Shown: positions 54,423-64,000 of the stretch, piece after piece
How positions within the stretch are numbered: position 1 is the stretch's first letter
Layout: each line of letters opens with the position of its first letter
Source of the DNA: Longimicrobiales bacterium
GTDB taxonomy: Bacteria > Gemmatimonadota > Gemmatimonadetes > Longimicrobiales > Gaopeijiaceae
NCBI GenBank assembly: GCA_965203235.1
Contig: CBDBCH010000002.1
Coordinates: 94-64,093, forward strand
Length of the DNA: 64,000 bases
Direction: 5' to 3'
Made by a program: the position numbers and the translations under genes
The notes under the pieces: generated by a model
Told to the model about the DNA's origin: nothing
The model's database searches: none
What the model saw: the letters and a program-made list of their open reading frames with translations, nothing else

Positions 54423-54756
54423 CATCAAGGCACAGCAGAGGCTCTGGCGCAAGCAGCCCCGGTACTGGTACGTCATCCATGCGATGGCGAAAACACCAGC
54501 CGGCCACTTCCGCGAGATCGCAGAAAGCGACGAGTGGAAGCGGGATGCGAAGCATGTGTTCTACGCGATGGGCGCGACCCGCCCGGAAAACTACTCGGTG
54601 CCCGACTGGGCCAAGCCGTTCGCCGAATTGACGGCTCCCGACCCGGAAGCTGTGAAGCGGCGCGAGCAGGAGACGCACGCAAAGCTACTGGCGATGCTGG
54701 AAAACCCCGCAGACGACCGAAACCGCGCCCCGGTCAAACAGCAGAGCCTTTTCTGA
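54412..54756 (+). CDS. Hypothetical Trp-rich protein (114 aa)
   Basis: Mirror of 49011..49355. Confidence 0.55.
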   Translation: MPVDIKAQQRLWRKQPRYWYVIHAMAKTPAGHFREIAESDEWKRDAKHVFYAMGATRPENYSVPDWAKPFAELTAPDPEAVKRREQETHAKLLAMLENPADDRNRAPVKQQSLF

Positions 54757-55016
54757 TGAGCTATCGCAACCGCCCGAATCTCCCGCAGAACCAGCCTGAT
54801 CTGCACTCGCCTCCCGAAGGCTACGAGGACGAGCAACCGGCCGTCGGTCTCCGACTTGACGCTGCGACACAACTCGAGCGCGACTTGCGGCGGGTCCGGG
54901 ACGTACTGGCGCGATGGGCTGTTGATGCCGAGGTCGTGACGAGCGTGCACAGGAGCGTGGAGCGTCTCGTCGACGAGATGCGGCGGGCGATCTCCGAGCA
55001 CAGGGAGACGCGGTGA
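54756..55016 (+). CDS. Hypothetical protein (86 aa)
   Basis: Mirror of 48751..49011. Confidence 0.5.
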   Translation: MSYRNRPNLPQNQPDLHSPPEGYEDEQPAVGLRLDAATQLERDLRRVRDVLARWAVDAEVVTSVHRSVERLVDEMRRAISEHRETR

Positions 55017-55318
55017 ACCAGTTCCTCGCGGATTTGCGGCCCGTGAACGTCGCCCACTGGCGCGTCATCTGGCGGCGCCACCCCCACATGTGGGCGATGA
55101 TCTACCATCTCGGGCGCTTCGGCGGCGACCCCTACAAGACGCTGCTGGAGTCCCCGGAATGGCGGGAGGACTCCGAGGCGCTCTATCCGATCATCGGGAA
55201 TTGCGAGCGGCCCCGCGACCGGAAGCACTGGACGGCCAAGTTCCACGGTCTGTATCCCCACCGCGACCCGCGCATCGAGGAGATGGTCGGGCACGAGATT
55301 ATGGAGAAAGACAAGTGA
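55013..55318 (+). CDS. Hypothetical Trp-rich protein (101 aa)
   Basis: Mirror of 48449..48754. Confidence 0.55.
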   Translation: MNQFLADLRPVNVAHWRVIWRRHPHMWAMIYHLGRFGGDPYKTLLESPEWREDSEALYPIIGNCERPRDRKHWTAKFHGLYPHRDPRIEEMVGHEIMEKDK

Positions 55319-55638
55319 GAACCATCAAGAGGAAGGTCGTCTACCGCTACGTTTCAGTGCATCCCCATGACAAGAAAGTCGAAGAAGTTGATAGCTGCGC
55401 TTGCGGCGCGGTGTTGGGACACAGCAGTTTCGCAAAGGCAGGCGAATGCGTGGTAGTCGCAAATGAAACAACCGGGATACAGCATCAAGTCTCGGTGATA
55501 GTCCGTACCGCAATCTACACGCTCCCCATAGAGCAATGCACCGTAGATGAGAGGAAAGCAGTTCTCGCCGCTATGGACGAATACTGCGCCCGGCGAGAAG
55601 CGAAAAATGCAAGGCGCAGCAAGCAGAAAAAGGGATGA
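55315..55638 (+). CDS. Hypothetical protein (107 aa)
   Basis: Mirror of 48129..48452. Confidence 0.5.
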   Translation: MRTIKRKVVYRYVSVHPHDKKVEEVDSCACGAVLGHSSFAKAGECVVVANETTGIQHQVSVIVRTAIYTLPIEQCTVDERKAVLAAMDEYCARREAKNARRSKQKKG

Positions 55639-55641
55639 GCC

Positions 55642-55977
55642 CTAACTCGCCATCTCCACCAGCGATTTGATGTTCCGAATGACCCTGTTCGGTTCCCGCT
55701 CGATCCAGGTGGTCGGCACTCGGTACACCATCCAACCGCCCAAGACGGCGGCTTCATACTTTTCGCAATCCTTCAAGAACCCGCCGATCCGCTGATGTCT
55801 CGAACCGAACCCCGGAGAAATCCCCTCGACTTCGACCGCGAGCAGCAGGTCAGGCCAGGCGAAGTCGAACCGCCACCGGCGAGGCCGGGCGAAAACCAGT
55901 TCCCGCTCCGGCTTCGGAATTCCCGCACGGTCAATCAGAATCGCCAGACGTTCTTCGGCTGCGCTGCGCTTTCTCAT
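55642..55977 (-). CDS. PD-(D/E)XK nuclease (DUF559/Vsr-like)
   Basis: Mirror of 47790..48125. Confidence 0.6.
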   Translation of the reverse strand: MRKRSAAEERLAILIDRAGIPKPERELVFARPRRWRFDFAWPDLLLAVEVEGISPGFGSRHQRIGGFLKDCEKYEAAVLGGWMVYRVPTTWIEREPNRVIRNIKSLVEMAS

Positions 55978-55994
55978 GGGGATAGCATATCACG

Positions 55995-56561
55995 GTGAAC
56001 GAAATCTACAATCCCATTCAGGAACCGCCGGAAAGGAACCCGGTCGATGAATGGCTGAAGCGGGTCAAAGAAGATGCAGACCGGCGAATGCGGGAGGCGT
56101 TGCTGCGCAAGCACATAGATGATGTCCTGCCTCGACTTGATATCCACGAAAGCGAAGATGATCAGAGCGAAGAAGATATGAAATTCCGAACGATGAACCG
56201 AGAGGCCAAGCGGGAAAGACAAATGGAACGGAATCGGAAAAACCCAAGACTGCGACCGTTCCAGTGTAGAGACTGCGAGATTCAAGTTGCCGACGACTGG
56301 ATATACGACCCCAGGCGCGGTTCGCTCCGGTGCCGGGACTGCCAACTCGGGAAGGCGCGGGCGAAGAGGCGCGGGGAAGCGTGGGTTCCGCACACCCGAC
56401 ACCTGTGCGGGGATTGCGGAGATCGGATTCTGAAAGACTGGTGGGAAGCACCCCGCCGGGCGCGCCGCAAGAAGTGCCGGGGCTGTTTCCTGGAATACCA
56501 GCGGAAGAAAAACGAGTCGCGAAGGCGGTTTCAGCTTGAAGGCACTTCGGAGAAGTGCTAG
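55995..56561 (+). CDS. Cys-rich multi-zinc-ribbon protein (188 aa)
   Basis: Mirror of 47206..47772. Confidence 0.55.
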   Translation: MNEIYNPIQEPPERNPVDEWLKRVKEDADRRMREALLRKHIDDVLPRLDIHESEDDQSEEDMKFRTMNREAKRERQMERNRKNPRLRPFQCRDCEIQVADDWIYDPRRGSLRCRDCQLGKARAKRRGEAWVPHTRHLCGDCGDRILKDWWEAPRRARRKKCRGCFLEYQRKKNESRRRFQLEGTSEKC

Positions 56562-56792
56562 GATGATCTTGCCCTCGGTCGGCGAGCGACCCGTAGCCCA
56601 CTGTTCTGTTTTCCCAAATTCGGAACACTCCTTTATGGGCACCGCACTCCGTGCTGGTCGTTCTGGTCCGCGACGACCCGGCCGAGGGCTACACAGACCC
56701 CCTGCGCGGCGAGCGGTTTTTTCCTGCTTTCTCCCGCAAAGACCCGCGTAGGGGCATCCCATGACGCTCGTCCCGACGCAGAGGAAGCTGCT

Positions 56793-57836
56793 ATGAGTCA
56801 CGAACTTCCGGTCAAGACCCTCGTCCCCGACGACCCCGACACCCAATACCTGACCGAGCTTGCCTGCTCGAAGATGCGAGAGTATCGCTCGCTTCGGGAT
56901 CAAGGCTCCCGCAAGGCCTCGGAAGCTCGCCGGGAGTACAACGCGGCCATGATTCGGCTTTCCCGAAAGGTGTTCGGTCAAACGACCGACTACGCGGACG
57001 AGGCCGAAAAGCTGGCGCAACTGGAGCTCGCGGCGCACACCGACACCGGCGAGGAGGATCGGGTTCGGATAGTCCGGCAAGCTCTTGGCGAGTTCGCGCC
57101 TACCCTGCTTCCGGCGCAGGTTCAGTTCCCCGACCCCGAAATCCGCCTGGCGAACGACCGAACCGGCTCTCTCCTGTCAATCGGGGAACCACTTGCTATC
57201 ACAGGTTTGCCAAAGGCGGGCAAGAGCACTTTCTCGCTCCAGCTTGCGGTCAAGGCGACCGGCGGCAAGCCCGGCTCCCGCGTCAACCACATGGGAATTT
57301 CCGTCCGGGTATCCCCCTGGATTCTCGCTTCCTACGAGGATTCCCCGTTCCGAATGCGCCAGCGAGCTTCGCAACTCGGCTTCACGGGCTCTGACGCCCT
57401 CTTTTTCGTCCCGATGAAGGCGCGCCCCCTGTGGCAGACCCGCGACACCGGAACCGGCTCCGGTCCTAGTCCTTGGTTCGCAAGATTCTGGGATGAGGTG
57501 GGGCTGGCGGCGCGGGACGCCAGACGCAAGCTCGGCATCACCGAGGGCGGCGTTCTCCTGCTCGACCCCCTGGCGGCAGCGTTCGACGCTGGCGAAACTG
57601 CGTCTCCCGCCCGGCAGTTCATCCAGAGCATGAACGAAGAAGCGAAAACGAAGGGACTCGCGTTCTGCGCGGTGGCGCATTCCGGCAAGGGCGGCGACCG
57701 CGGCGTATCAGGGTCAGTTCAATGGAATGCGACCTTCCGGGCGATTCTTCACATCGAAAGGGACGACGACAACAACGCTTTCCTCTCGGTGCCGATGGCG
57801 AACTACAGCGCGCCTGTAGACACCATCAAGATTTAG
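56793..57836 (+). CDS. RecA-like ATPase, paralog 2
   Basis: Mirror of 45931..46974. Confidence 0.7.
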   Translation: MSHELPVKTLVPDDPDTQYLTELACSKMREYRSLRDQGSRKASEARREYNAAMIRLSRKVFGQTTDYADEAEKLAQLELAAHTDTGEEDRVRIVRQALGEFAPTLLPAQVQFPDPEIRLANDRTGSLLSIGEPLAITGLPKAGKSTFSLQLAVKATGGKPGSRVNHMGISVRVSPWILASYEDSPFRMRQRASQLGFTGSDALFFVPMKARPLWQTRDTGTGSGPSPWFARFWDEVGLAARDARRKLGITEGGVLLLDPLAAAFDAGETASPARQFIQSMNEEAKTKGLAFCAVAHSGKGGDRGVSGSVQWNATFRAILHIERDDDNNAFLSVPMANYSAPVDTIKI

Positions 57837-59089
57837 AAGTCGACGTCGTCTGTTTCGGCTTCTTCTGGTTCTTCCGCTTTCGCTTTTTTCTGTTTCGGCT
57901 TGCCTGCGCCCTTGACGAGGGCGGCGATCTCATGGCGACTGTACTCCCTTGCGGGGCTGGCGGCCTCCAATCCCGCCCATCTACCATCGCTCCCGGTGCG
58001 AGGCACCAGCACGTGTCCGATACCCGACCGGGCGTAGTTCGCCTTTGCGATGACCAGCAAGCGATCTTCCCCTAGCTCCGGGTTGGAGTGTTCATGCGCT
58101 GGCGGCAGTGGTCGCAGGTGCAGGACGGCGCGGGCGCCATCCACCCATTGGGCGGACCCGGAGACTGTTCCAGCGACATCAGCTTCCCTGCGGCTTGACT
58201 TCGTATCATGGGCGATCAAGAGGACGGCGCACGCGTTCTTGACTGCTTGACCGGTCAGGGCGGCCAGGAAAGCGCGTACCCCGGCCGCTTCGTTCGCATT
58301 CCCGGCGAAAGCGACGCTCGCTGGGTCGATGACCACGAGCTTCGCACCTACCTTTTTCACTTCCGACCAGAGAATGCTCCAGTCCTCCGTCTCCGAATAG
58401 ACCCGGGCGAAGTTATCTTCCGGCCCCCATAGCGGTCCGCAGTTTGCGCTCATCAAGTTCACGTGCGACCAATCCGAAGGGGGTCCGTACCATTCCATGC
58501 GGCGGGCGATGATTTGGGGCGGGTCCTCGTAGTTCAGGAGGGCTACCGGGCCCTGCCGGACGCTCAGTCCTATCGCAGTCCCGAAGGGGTCAATTCCTTT
58601 CGAGTGGGCGGGCCCGGCGGCGTGAAGCAAGGCGAGCAAGCTCGTGGATTTCCCGGTCTCCCCCGGACCGCTCATTATCCCGACCATCCCCTCACCGAGG
58701 AAAACTCCCTGGCGGTGGGCGGGCTTGATTACAGCTGGCGGCTCTGGCAGTCCGAAGGGTACTAGCGTCAGATGCGGGCGGTGCTCGGTGAGAATCCGCG
58801 CTGCGGCGGCATCATTTTCGGCATCGGCGGCGCGACGCTCCCGATCCTCGAGTTCGTCCTCGTCGTCTATCCGGGGGCGGAGGCGGCGGCGGTATTCCTT
58901 GCGGGTCGCCTCCAGCGCCGCTCGTGCTTCGGGGTCCTGGTCTTTCGGGGCTAGCTCGTAGATGTAGTGGCGCAGCCAGAACGCGCGCCACGCAAGCTGG
59001 CGGACCCCAAGAAACGCGACATCTTGCGCAATCAGTTCCTTGTAAGGCGGGTAGGAAGCTCCCCCGGACTCGCCATTCTGTTTTCCCAC
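57833..59089 (-). CDS. RecA-like ATPase, paralog 1
   Basis: Mirror of 44678..45934. Confidence 0.7.
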   Translation of the reverse strand: MGKQNGESGGASYPPYKELIAQDVAFLGVRQLAWRAFWLRHYIYELAPKDQDPEARAALEATRKEYRRRLRPRIDDEDELEDRERRAADAENDAAAARILTEHRPHLTLVPFGLPEPPAVIKPAHRQGVFLGEGMVGIMSGPGETGKSTSLLALLHAAGPAHSKGIDPFGTAIGLSVRQGPVALLNYEDPPQIIARRMEWYGPPSDWSHVNLMSANCGPLWGPEDNFARVYSETEDWSILWSEVKKVGAKLVVIDPASVAFAGNANEAAGVRAFLAALTGQAVKNACAVLLIAHDTKSSRREADVAGTVSGSAQWVDGARAVLHLRPLPPAHEHSNPELGEDRLLVIAKANYARSGIGHVLVPRTGSDGRWAGLEAASPAREYSRHEIAALVKGAGKPKQKKAKAEEPEEAETDDVDF

Positions 59090-59148
59090 GGTGGGGATTC
59101 TACCCGGAACCTTGCTACCTGTATCAAGGTGGGATACGCTCCAGCACC

Positions 59149-60591
59149 ATGGCGATCCAGAGCGTGCACCCCCAGTGGACGGAGCGACGCGACCAATGGC
59201 GGCGGTGCCGGGACTGCTTCGAGGGCGTGGACGCGGTGCGCGGTCGCGGGATCGAGTACCTGCCCCCCCTCTCCGAGGGCACCGACTACCGGGCGTACCT
59301 GGAGCGGGCGCACTTCTACCCCGCGTTCTCCCGCACCGTGGAGGCTCTGATCGGTGTGGTCTTGCGGCATCCGCCCGAAGTCTCCGTCCCCGCCGTCATG
59401 GAGAAAGACATGGAGGACCTTGACCTGTTCGGGAGCGGGATCAACCGGATCGTCGAACAGGTGATTCGGGAAATCCTGATCTCCGGGCGGGTCATTCTCT
59501 TGCAGGATGTCTACGGTCAGCGGATTTACTGGCGCGTGCATCAAGCGGTTGACCTGCGCTACTGGTGGGGAGGACCGACCCCCGTAATGGGCGGCGGGCT
59601 GTCCGAGGCGATCGTCGAGGAACGCGGCTGGCGACCGGCTAGCGAGGACGAAATCCCTGAGATTCAAGAATCCTCTACCCTGATTCGCTACCGGTTCGGG
59701 GACACCCCGGATTCGTCTATCGGCGAACCGGGCTTCGGCGCGTTGCGGCAGGAATGGCGGGACGACGCCTCTGGGTTCCAGCTTGCCGCCGAGTTCCCGC
59801 TGCGGCTCCCTTCCGGGCAACCGCTAGACGTCCTCCCGGTTCATGTCGGGGATTTGCCGAGCGAAACGGCGATTCCCTACTCGCCACCCAAGCCGACCAT
59901 GCTGGATGTGGCGGATTTGTCGCTGAGCTACTTCCGAACTTCCGCCGATTTGGAGCATGCGCTCCACTTCGTCGCGCTGCCGACTCCGTGGATTTCGGCT
60001 CCGCAACCGCCCAAGAACGCGAAGATCGGAAGCTCCGAAGTCTGGTACTTGGGTTCCACCGGTTCCGCCGGAATCCTTGAAGTACAAGGTCCTGGTATGG
60101 CTGCGCTGGAGACCGCGCTTGGCCGCAAGGCTCGCCAGCTTGCCGGGGCGGGGGCGCGGGTAGTCACCGAACCCGTGCGCCACGCCGAGACCGCCACCGC
60201 TGCGCAAATCAAGGCGAGCGGCGACCGAACCCTGCTCCATTGCGTAGTTGACGAGGTGGAACGGGTGGTTGGCAATGCGCTTCGGCTCCACCAGCGGTGG
60301 ATGGGCTACGCCGGGGAGGAGCCGAGCATCACCCTGAACCGCGACTGGATTGACACCCGGTTGTCGCCTGCGGACATCAGCGGGCTGGTTCAACTGGTTC
60401 AAGACCGGCTCATCTCGCCGGAAGCCTTTGCCAATGCGTTGGTTCGCGGCGAGTGGCTCCGCCCGGCGGAACGCTACGTGCCTGAAATCAAGGAACCCGC
60501 GCCCATGCCTCCCGCGCTTGCGGCTGCGCAGGGGCAGGCTCCCGAACCCGGAGAAAGCGAGGAAGGGGACGGCGAGGACGACGAGTCCTGA
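59149..60591 (+). CDS. Portal protein
   Basis: Mirror of 43176..44618. Confidence 0.7.
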   Translation: MAIQSVHPQWTERRDQWRRCRDCFEGVDAVRGRGIEYLPPLSEGTDYRAYLERAHFYPAFSRTVEALIGVVLRHPPEVSVPAVMEKDMEDLDLFGSGINRIVEQVIREILISGRVILLQDVYGQRIYWRVHQAVDLRYWWGGPTPVMGGGLSEAIVEERGWRPASEDEIPEIQESSTLIRYRFGDTPDSSIGEPGFGALRQEWRDDASGFQLAAEFPLRLPSGQPLDVLPVHVGDLPSETAIPYSPPKPTMLDVADLSLSYFRTSADLEHALHFVALPTPWISAPQPPKNAKIGSSEVWYLGSTGSAGILEVQGPGMAALETALGRKARQLAGAGARVVTEPVRHAETATAAQIKASGDRTLLHCVVDEVERVVGNALRLHQRWMGYAGEEPSITLNRDWIDTRLSPADISGLVQLVQDRLISPEAFANALVRGEWLRPAERYVPEIKEPAPMPPALAAAQGQAPEPGESEEGDGEDDES

Positions 60592-61433
60592 TGCGGCGAC
60601 CCCTCTCCGGTCCCTACTACTACGGCGGCAAATCTGTGAACGGCAAGTCAGGCACAGGTCGGTGGATCACCGAGCTACTGCCCTACCGGACGCGCTACAT
60701 CGAACCGTTTTCGGGGATGCTTGGGGTGCTGCTCCAACGGCGACCTTCCCCCGTCGAGATAGTCAACGACCTTGACGGACATGTGGTGAACTGGTGGTTG
60801 GCAGTTCGGGATGACCCGGAGCGGCTGGCGCAGCACCTTGAACTTACGCCGCACTCGCGCAAGCACTATGAGTTGGCGCATCGGACCATGGCGGCGACGG
60901 CGGGAAAGGAACCGGACGGGAATGTCGAGCGGGCGACGGCGATTTGGACGGTGCTGCTTGGCGCGGCGGTGGGCGGGTCGGCGCGGGCGGCGAGCTTCGG
61001 GTTGAACTTCAAGCACCACCCCCACACGGGCAGTTGGCGGGACGGCTCGCGGGTTTTCCGACTGGCGCAGCGGCTGCGCAAGGTTCAACTGGATTCCCGA
61101 CCGGCGGAGACCATCCTGAACCGGGTCTCCGAATACGAGGACGCCGTGGTCTACTGCGATCCTCCCTACCGGACTGCAGACTGTCGGGCATACAAAGACA
61201 ACGGGCAGACGCTTGATGTGGAAGCCATATCCGAGGCTCTGATAGCGCAACGCGGCGCGGTGGCGATTTCCGGCTACGGCGAGGAGTGGAATCATCTTGG
61301 CTGGAATCGGCTGGAGCTTCAAGCCCAATGCTCCAGCTTCGGGGAGCACGGCAAGCGGAAAGACACGCGGCGCACGGAGGTGCTGTGGTTGAACTTTGAT
61401 CCGGGACCGATACAGAGAAAACTTGCGTTCTGA
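60591..61433 (+). CDS. DNA N6-adenine methyltransferase (Dam-like)
   Basis: Mirror of 42334..43176. DPPY motif. Confidence 0.85.
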   Translation: MRRPLSGPYYYGGKSVNGKSGTGRWITELLPYRTRYIEPFSGMLGVLLQRRPSPVEIVNDLDGHVVNWWLAVRDDPERLAQHLELTPHSRKHYELAHRTMAATAGKEPDGNVERATAIWTVLLGAAVGGSARAASFGLNFKHHPHTGSWRDGSRVFRLAQRLRKVQLDSRPAETILNRVSEYEDAVVYCDPPYRTADCRAYKDNGQTLDVEAISEALIAQRGAVAISGYGEEWNHLGWNRLELQAQCSSFGEHGKRKDTRRTEVLWLNFDPGPIQRKLAF

Positions 61434-61453
61434 ATATGTGCTAGAGTGCGCGT

Positions 61454-62143
61454 ATGGCACTTCAGTTTTCGCTCGACGAGCAAGCCCACGCGCAACTCCC
61501 GGAGGCTCTCCGGGACCATTATGTCAAGCAGGACGATGGCTCGTATCTGCTTCACACGGAAGGGGATAACCCCGAAGTGAAGCAGTTGCGCGGCAAGGTC
61601 GACGAGTTCAGACAGAACAACATCTCGTTGGAAAAGCGGATGGCGGAGGCCAAGCGGTCCGGGAACCCGGCTGAAAACACAGCCTTGGCGGAGCAAGTCA
61701 ACAAGCTCCGGGAGCAAATGGAGGCTCTGGAGAGCGAGAAAAAGGCTCTGGAGACCAAGCAGATTCAGGCTGACTTCCGGTCTACGCTAAGCAAGGCGGT
61801 TCACGGGATGGGGCTGACCGAAGGCGCGCTGCCCGACTTGGAGCGGCGGGCGCAGCTTGATGGGTGGACGATGCAGGAAGGCAACGCGGTGCGCCTTGAC
61901 CCGCAAGGCGAGCAAGTGCGGCGCGGTTCGCTTCCCGAAACGCTAGGCGCGTACCTGAACGATGCGAAGTTCGGAGACGCCAAGCACCTTTTCAGGGGTC
62001 CCTCCGGTGGCGGGACTGACAGGGCGGTGCCCTTTGGCAAGAATGGCGCGAAGATAGAGGTTGACGCTTCGGACGACTTCGTGCTGTCGAACCTGGATGA
62101 CATTGCTTCCGGCAAAGTCGTCCTCCAGACCACCGTTCAGTAA
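61454..62143 (+). CDS. Scaffolding protein candidate
   Basis: Mirror of 41624..42313. Confidence 0.5.
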   Translation: MALQFSLDEQAHAQLPEALRDHYVKQDDGSYLLHTEGDNPEVKQLRGKVDEFRQNNISLEKRMAEAKRSGNPAENTALAEQVNKLREQMEALESEKKALETKQIQADFRSTLSKAVHGMGLTEGALPDLERRAQLDGWTMQEGNAVRLDPQGEQVRRGSLPETLGAYLNDAKFGDAKHLFRGPSGGGTDRAVPFGKNGAKIEVDASDDFVLSNLDDIASGKVVLQTTVQ

Positions 62144-62164
62144 GGGCGGTAAGGAGGGAGCGTC

Positions 62165-63316
62165 GTGGCTCTCAATGATTTTAAGCTCACCATCTTGGCG
62201 CAGGCTCTTGCTGCGCTTCGGAAGCGGGCTACCTTTGCGCGGGCGGCGTACCGCGACCTTTCGGCTCGTCTGAACGCTGCGGCGCAGGGCGAAACCCTGC
62301 AATTCAACTACATCACGAAGCCGACTGTCGGGGATGTCCCGACTCTCGCCACTTCGCTTGGCGGCGCCGTCGCGGAACCGCAGACCACCACCCGGACCCT
62401 GACCCTCGACCACTGGAAGCGGGTCTATTGGGATGTCAACGATCGGGATTCCTACTCCGTTGGAGGCGAGGGATTTACCGCGATTGGGGCGACCTACGGG
62501 GCGGCTCTGGCTGACCAGATCGAGGCTGACATGTTCCAGCATGTCGCGGAAAATGTCGCGGAAGGCGCGATCAACCACGGGACTACCGCGCAGGGGACCG
62601 CCTTCAACAACACCAACGCGACTCGTACCGCGCTTCGCTTGCTGGCTTCGCGGGACGCGGACATGGGGCAGTTCTTCATGTTCGTCAGTCCTACCGATCA
62701 GGAGGACTTCCTCGGTGCGTCGGACTTCACCCGGGCGGACTTCCGGGGACAGGTTCCCGCTACGGAGATTCAGACTACCGGCGACCTTGGCACTTCGTTC
62801 GGATTCCGGTTCATTGTCTCGAACAACATTCCCTCTGTCACGCGGGGAGCGAACTCGGGCGCGGTCAATCGCGCTGGCGGCGTCACCGCAGGCGCGACTG
62901 TGATCCCGGTGGATGCTGCGGGCGCGTCTGGCATCAACCCCGGCGAGGTCGTGCTGTTCGGAGGCCAACTCTACGCGGTCAAGGCTGGAATCTCCGGGGT
63001 TGCGGGCAACATCACTATTGACCGTCCGCTGGCGGCTAATGTGGCCGATAACACCGCACTGGGGCGGCGGTTCACCCACCGTCCGGCTTGGGCGATGAAC
63101 CCCAATGCTTTCGCTTTGGCCATGCGGCCTACCGTCGCTCCCCGGCAGCAGGGCAACGGGAGTATTCGGTCTCTGGTTGACCCCGGAACCGGGTTCTCCC
63201 TTACGCTGGAGGAAACCCGGATTCAGAGCGGTACTCGGTACACTCTCTCGGCTCTCTACGGTTTCACCGTCGTCCGCCCGGAGATGATCGTCCGTATCGC
63301 CACCCCGGTGGTCTGA
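62165..63316 (+). CDS. Major capsid protein
   Basis: Mirror of 40451..41602. Confidence 0.7.
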   Translation: MALNDFKLTILAQALAALRKRATFARAAYRDLSARLNAAAQGETLQFNYITKPTVGDVPTLATSLGGAVAEPQTTTRTLTLDHWKRVYWDVNDRDSYSVGGEGFTAIGATYGAALADQIEADMFQHVAENVAEGAINHGTTAQGTAFNNTNATRTALRLLASRDADMGQFFMFVSPTDQEDFLGASDFTRADFRGQVPATEIQTTGDLGTSFGFRFIVSNNIPSVTRGANSGAVNRAGGVTAGATVIPVDAAGASGINPGEVVLFGGQLYAVKAGISGVAGNITIDRPLAANVADNTALGRRFTHRPAWAMNPNAFALAMRPTVAPRQQGNGSIRSLVDPGTGFSLTLEETRIQSGTRYTLSALYGFTVVRPEMIVRIATPVV

Positions 63317-63330
63317 TACGGGAGCGTCTG

Positions 63331-63843
63331 ATGGCGCTTACTCTCGCCACCGACACCCTCTGCGTGGTGTCGGTGGCAGACGCCTATCTCGCCGGGCACC
63401 CGTATGGGGCTGGTTGGGCGTCCATTGACGAAGGTTCGGCTGATGCCACGCTCGCAAGGAAGGAGGCTCTGTTGCGTCTTGCGAGTGAGGTGCTGAGTTC
63501 GGGGATATGGTGGAACGGTCGTGCCTCGCACATGGAGCAACCGCTCGCTTGGCCGAGGGCGTGGATGCCTGCGGTTTTCGGTCATGGCGGCTACATCAGT
63601 TCAACCGAGATTCCTACCCGGATTCAACAGATGACCGCACTTCTTGGGCTTGCGCTCCACCGGAAAGAGCGGACGAAGGATTTGCCGTTGAAGGATTTTG
63701 CGATTCGTCAGACGGGCAGTTCGCAGTTCGCTGGCGGGGCGATTCGCCGGGTTATCCCGGAAGCGGTGACGGACATGCTCCCGGAGGCTTGGGGGACAGT
63801 GGCGGGAAGCGGCAACCTGAACTATCCGCTTCGGAGGGTTTGA
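63331..63843 (+). CDS. Head-tail connector (gp6-like adaptor) candidate
   Basis: Mirror of 39924..40436. Confidence 0.5.
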   Translation: MALTLATDTLCVVSVADAYLAGHPYGAGWASIDEGSADATLARKEALLRLASEVLSSGIWWNGRASHMEQPLAWPRAWMPAVFGHGGYISSTEIPTRIQQMTALLGLALHRKERTKDLPLKDFAIRQTGSSQFAGGAIRRVIPEAVTDMLPEAWGTVAGSGNLNYPLRRV

Positions 63844-63845
63844 TC

Positions 63846-64000
63846 GTGCCTGCCGACTGGCTCGACGACACGGTGGAGGCTGTCCGGGAGACGCTGGATG
63901 ACCTTGAACTGCTGGAGGATGTCGTCCATTACCACGGCGGCTCTACACTGGATGAGGAAACCGGTCGTCCTACGAGCTACGATTCCCGCAAATTGAAGGC
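63846..64000 (+). CDS. Putative head-closure/neck protein, truncated by the window end
   Basis: Mirror of the 5' part of 39550..39921. GTG start at 63846. Confidence 0.45.
   Translation, partial: MPADWLDDTVEAVRETLDDLELLEDVVHYHGGSTLDEETGRPTSYDSRKLK

Larger units (their letters stand above)
39767..64000. repeat. Junction-2 giant inverted duplication (arms 39767..51883 and 51884..64000)
   Basis: Every ORF in 51884..64000 has an identical translation on the opposite strand at x+y=103767, e.g. 40451..41602(-) = 62165..63316(+) and 43176..44843(-) = 58924..60591(+). Confidence 0.95.

Noticed and set aside
1-64000. Integrated prophage with att sites and flanking host genes
   Set aside because: No integrase or excisionase, no tRNA, and no host-like housekeeping genes occur anywhere. 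Everything outside the 35.5-kb unit is another copy of the unit.

Overview
This GC-rich 64-kb window has no recognisable host genes, rRNA, tRNA or CRISPR arrays. It holds one ~35.5-kb tailed-phage-like genome unit (16403..51883), flanked on both sides by inverted partial copies of itself. Region 1..16402 is the reverse complement of 16404..~32805, giving a head-to-head junction with apex at 16403 (x+y=32806). Region 51884..64000 is the reverse complement of 39767..51883, giving a tail-to-tail junction (x+y=103767).

Both genome ends carry the same ~0.9-kb inverted terminal repeat (ITR). It contains iteron-like repeats, a sigma70-like promoter with phased GGCGAA boxes, an RBS, and the first three codons (MRK) of the end-proximal gene. 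Junction 1 has a 229-bp core that is an imperfect palindrome: 16 mismatched pairs, no indels, and a 5-nt apex. That is what a duplex copy of an incompletely base-paired hairpin telomere would look like. Junction 2 carries the same core in the opposite orientation but is 97 bp shorter.

Gene content of the unit:
- A short inward-facing left-end block of small proteins, including an RHH protein and zinc-ribbon proteins.
- A long leftward block: small Cys-rich proteins, a PD-(D/E)XK nuclease on the opposite strand, two paralogous RecA-like ATPases, portal, Dam-like methyltransferase, scaffold, major capsid, connector and tail genes, tape measure, three very large tail/fibre proteins, a run of small membrane proteins, and an SLT-type lytic transglycosylase.

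By eye I find no terminase with a nuclease domain, protelomerase, integrase, DNA polymerase or terminal protein.

The leftmost ~10 kb is a copy of the tail genes riddled with frameshifts. This could be true decay or low consensus quality. All functional calls rest on motif recognition by eye, with no database searches.
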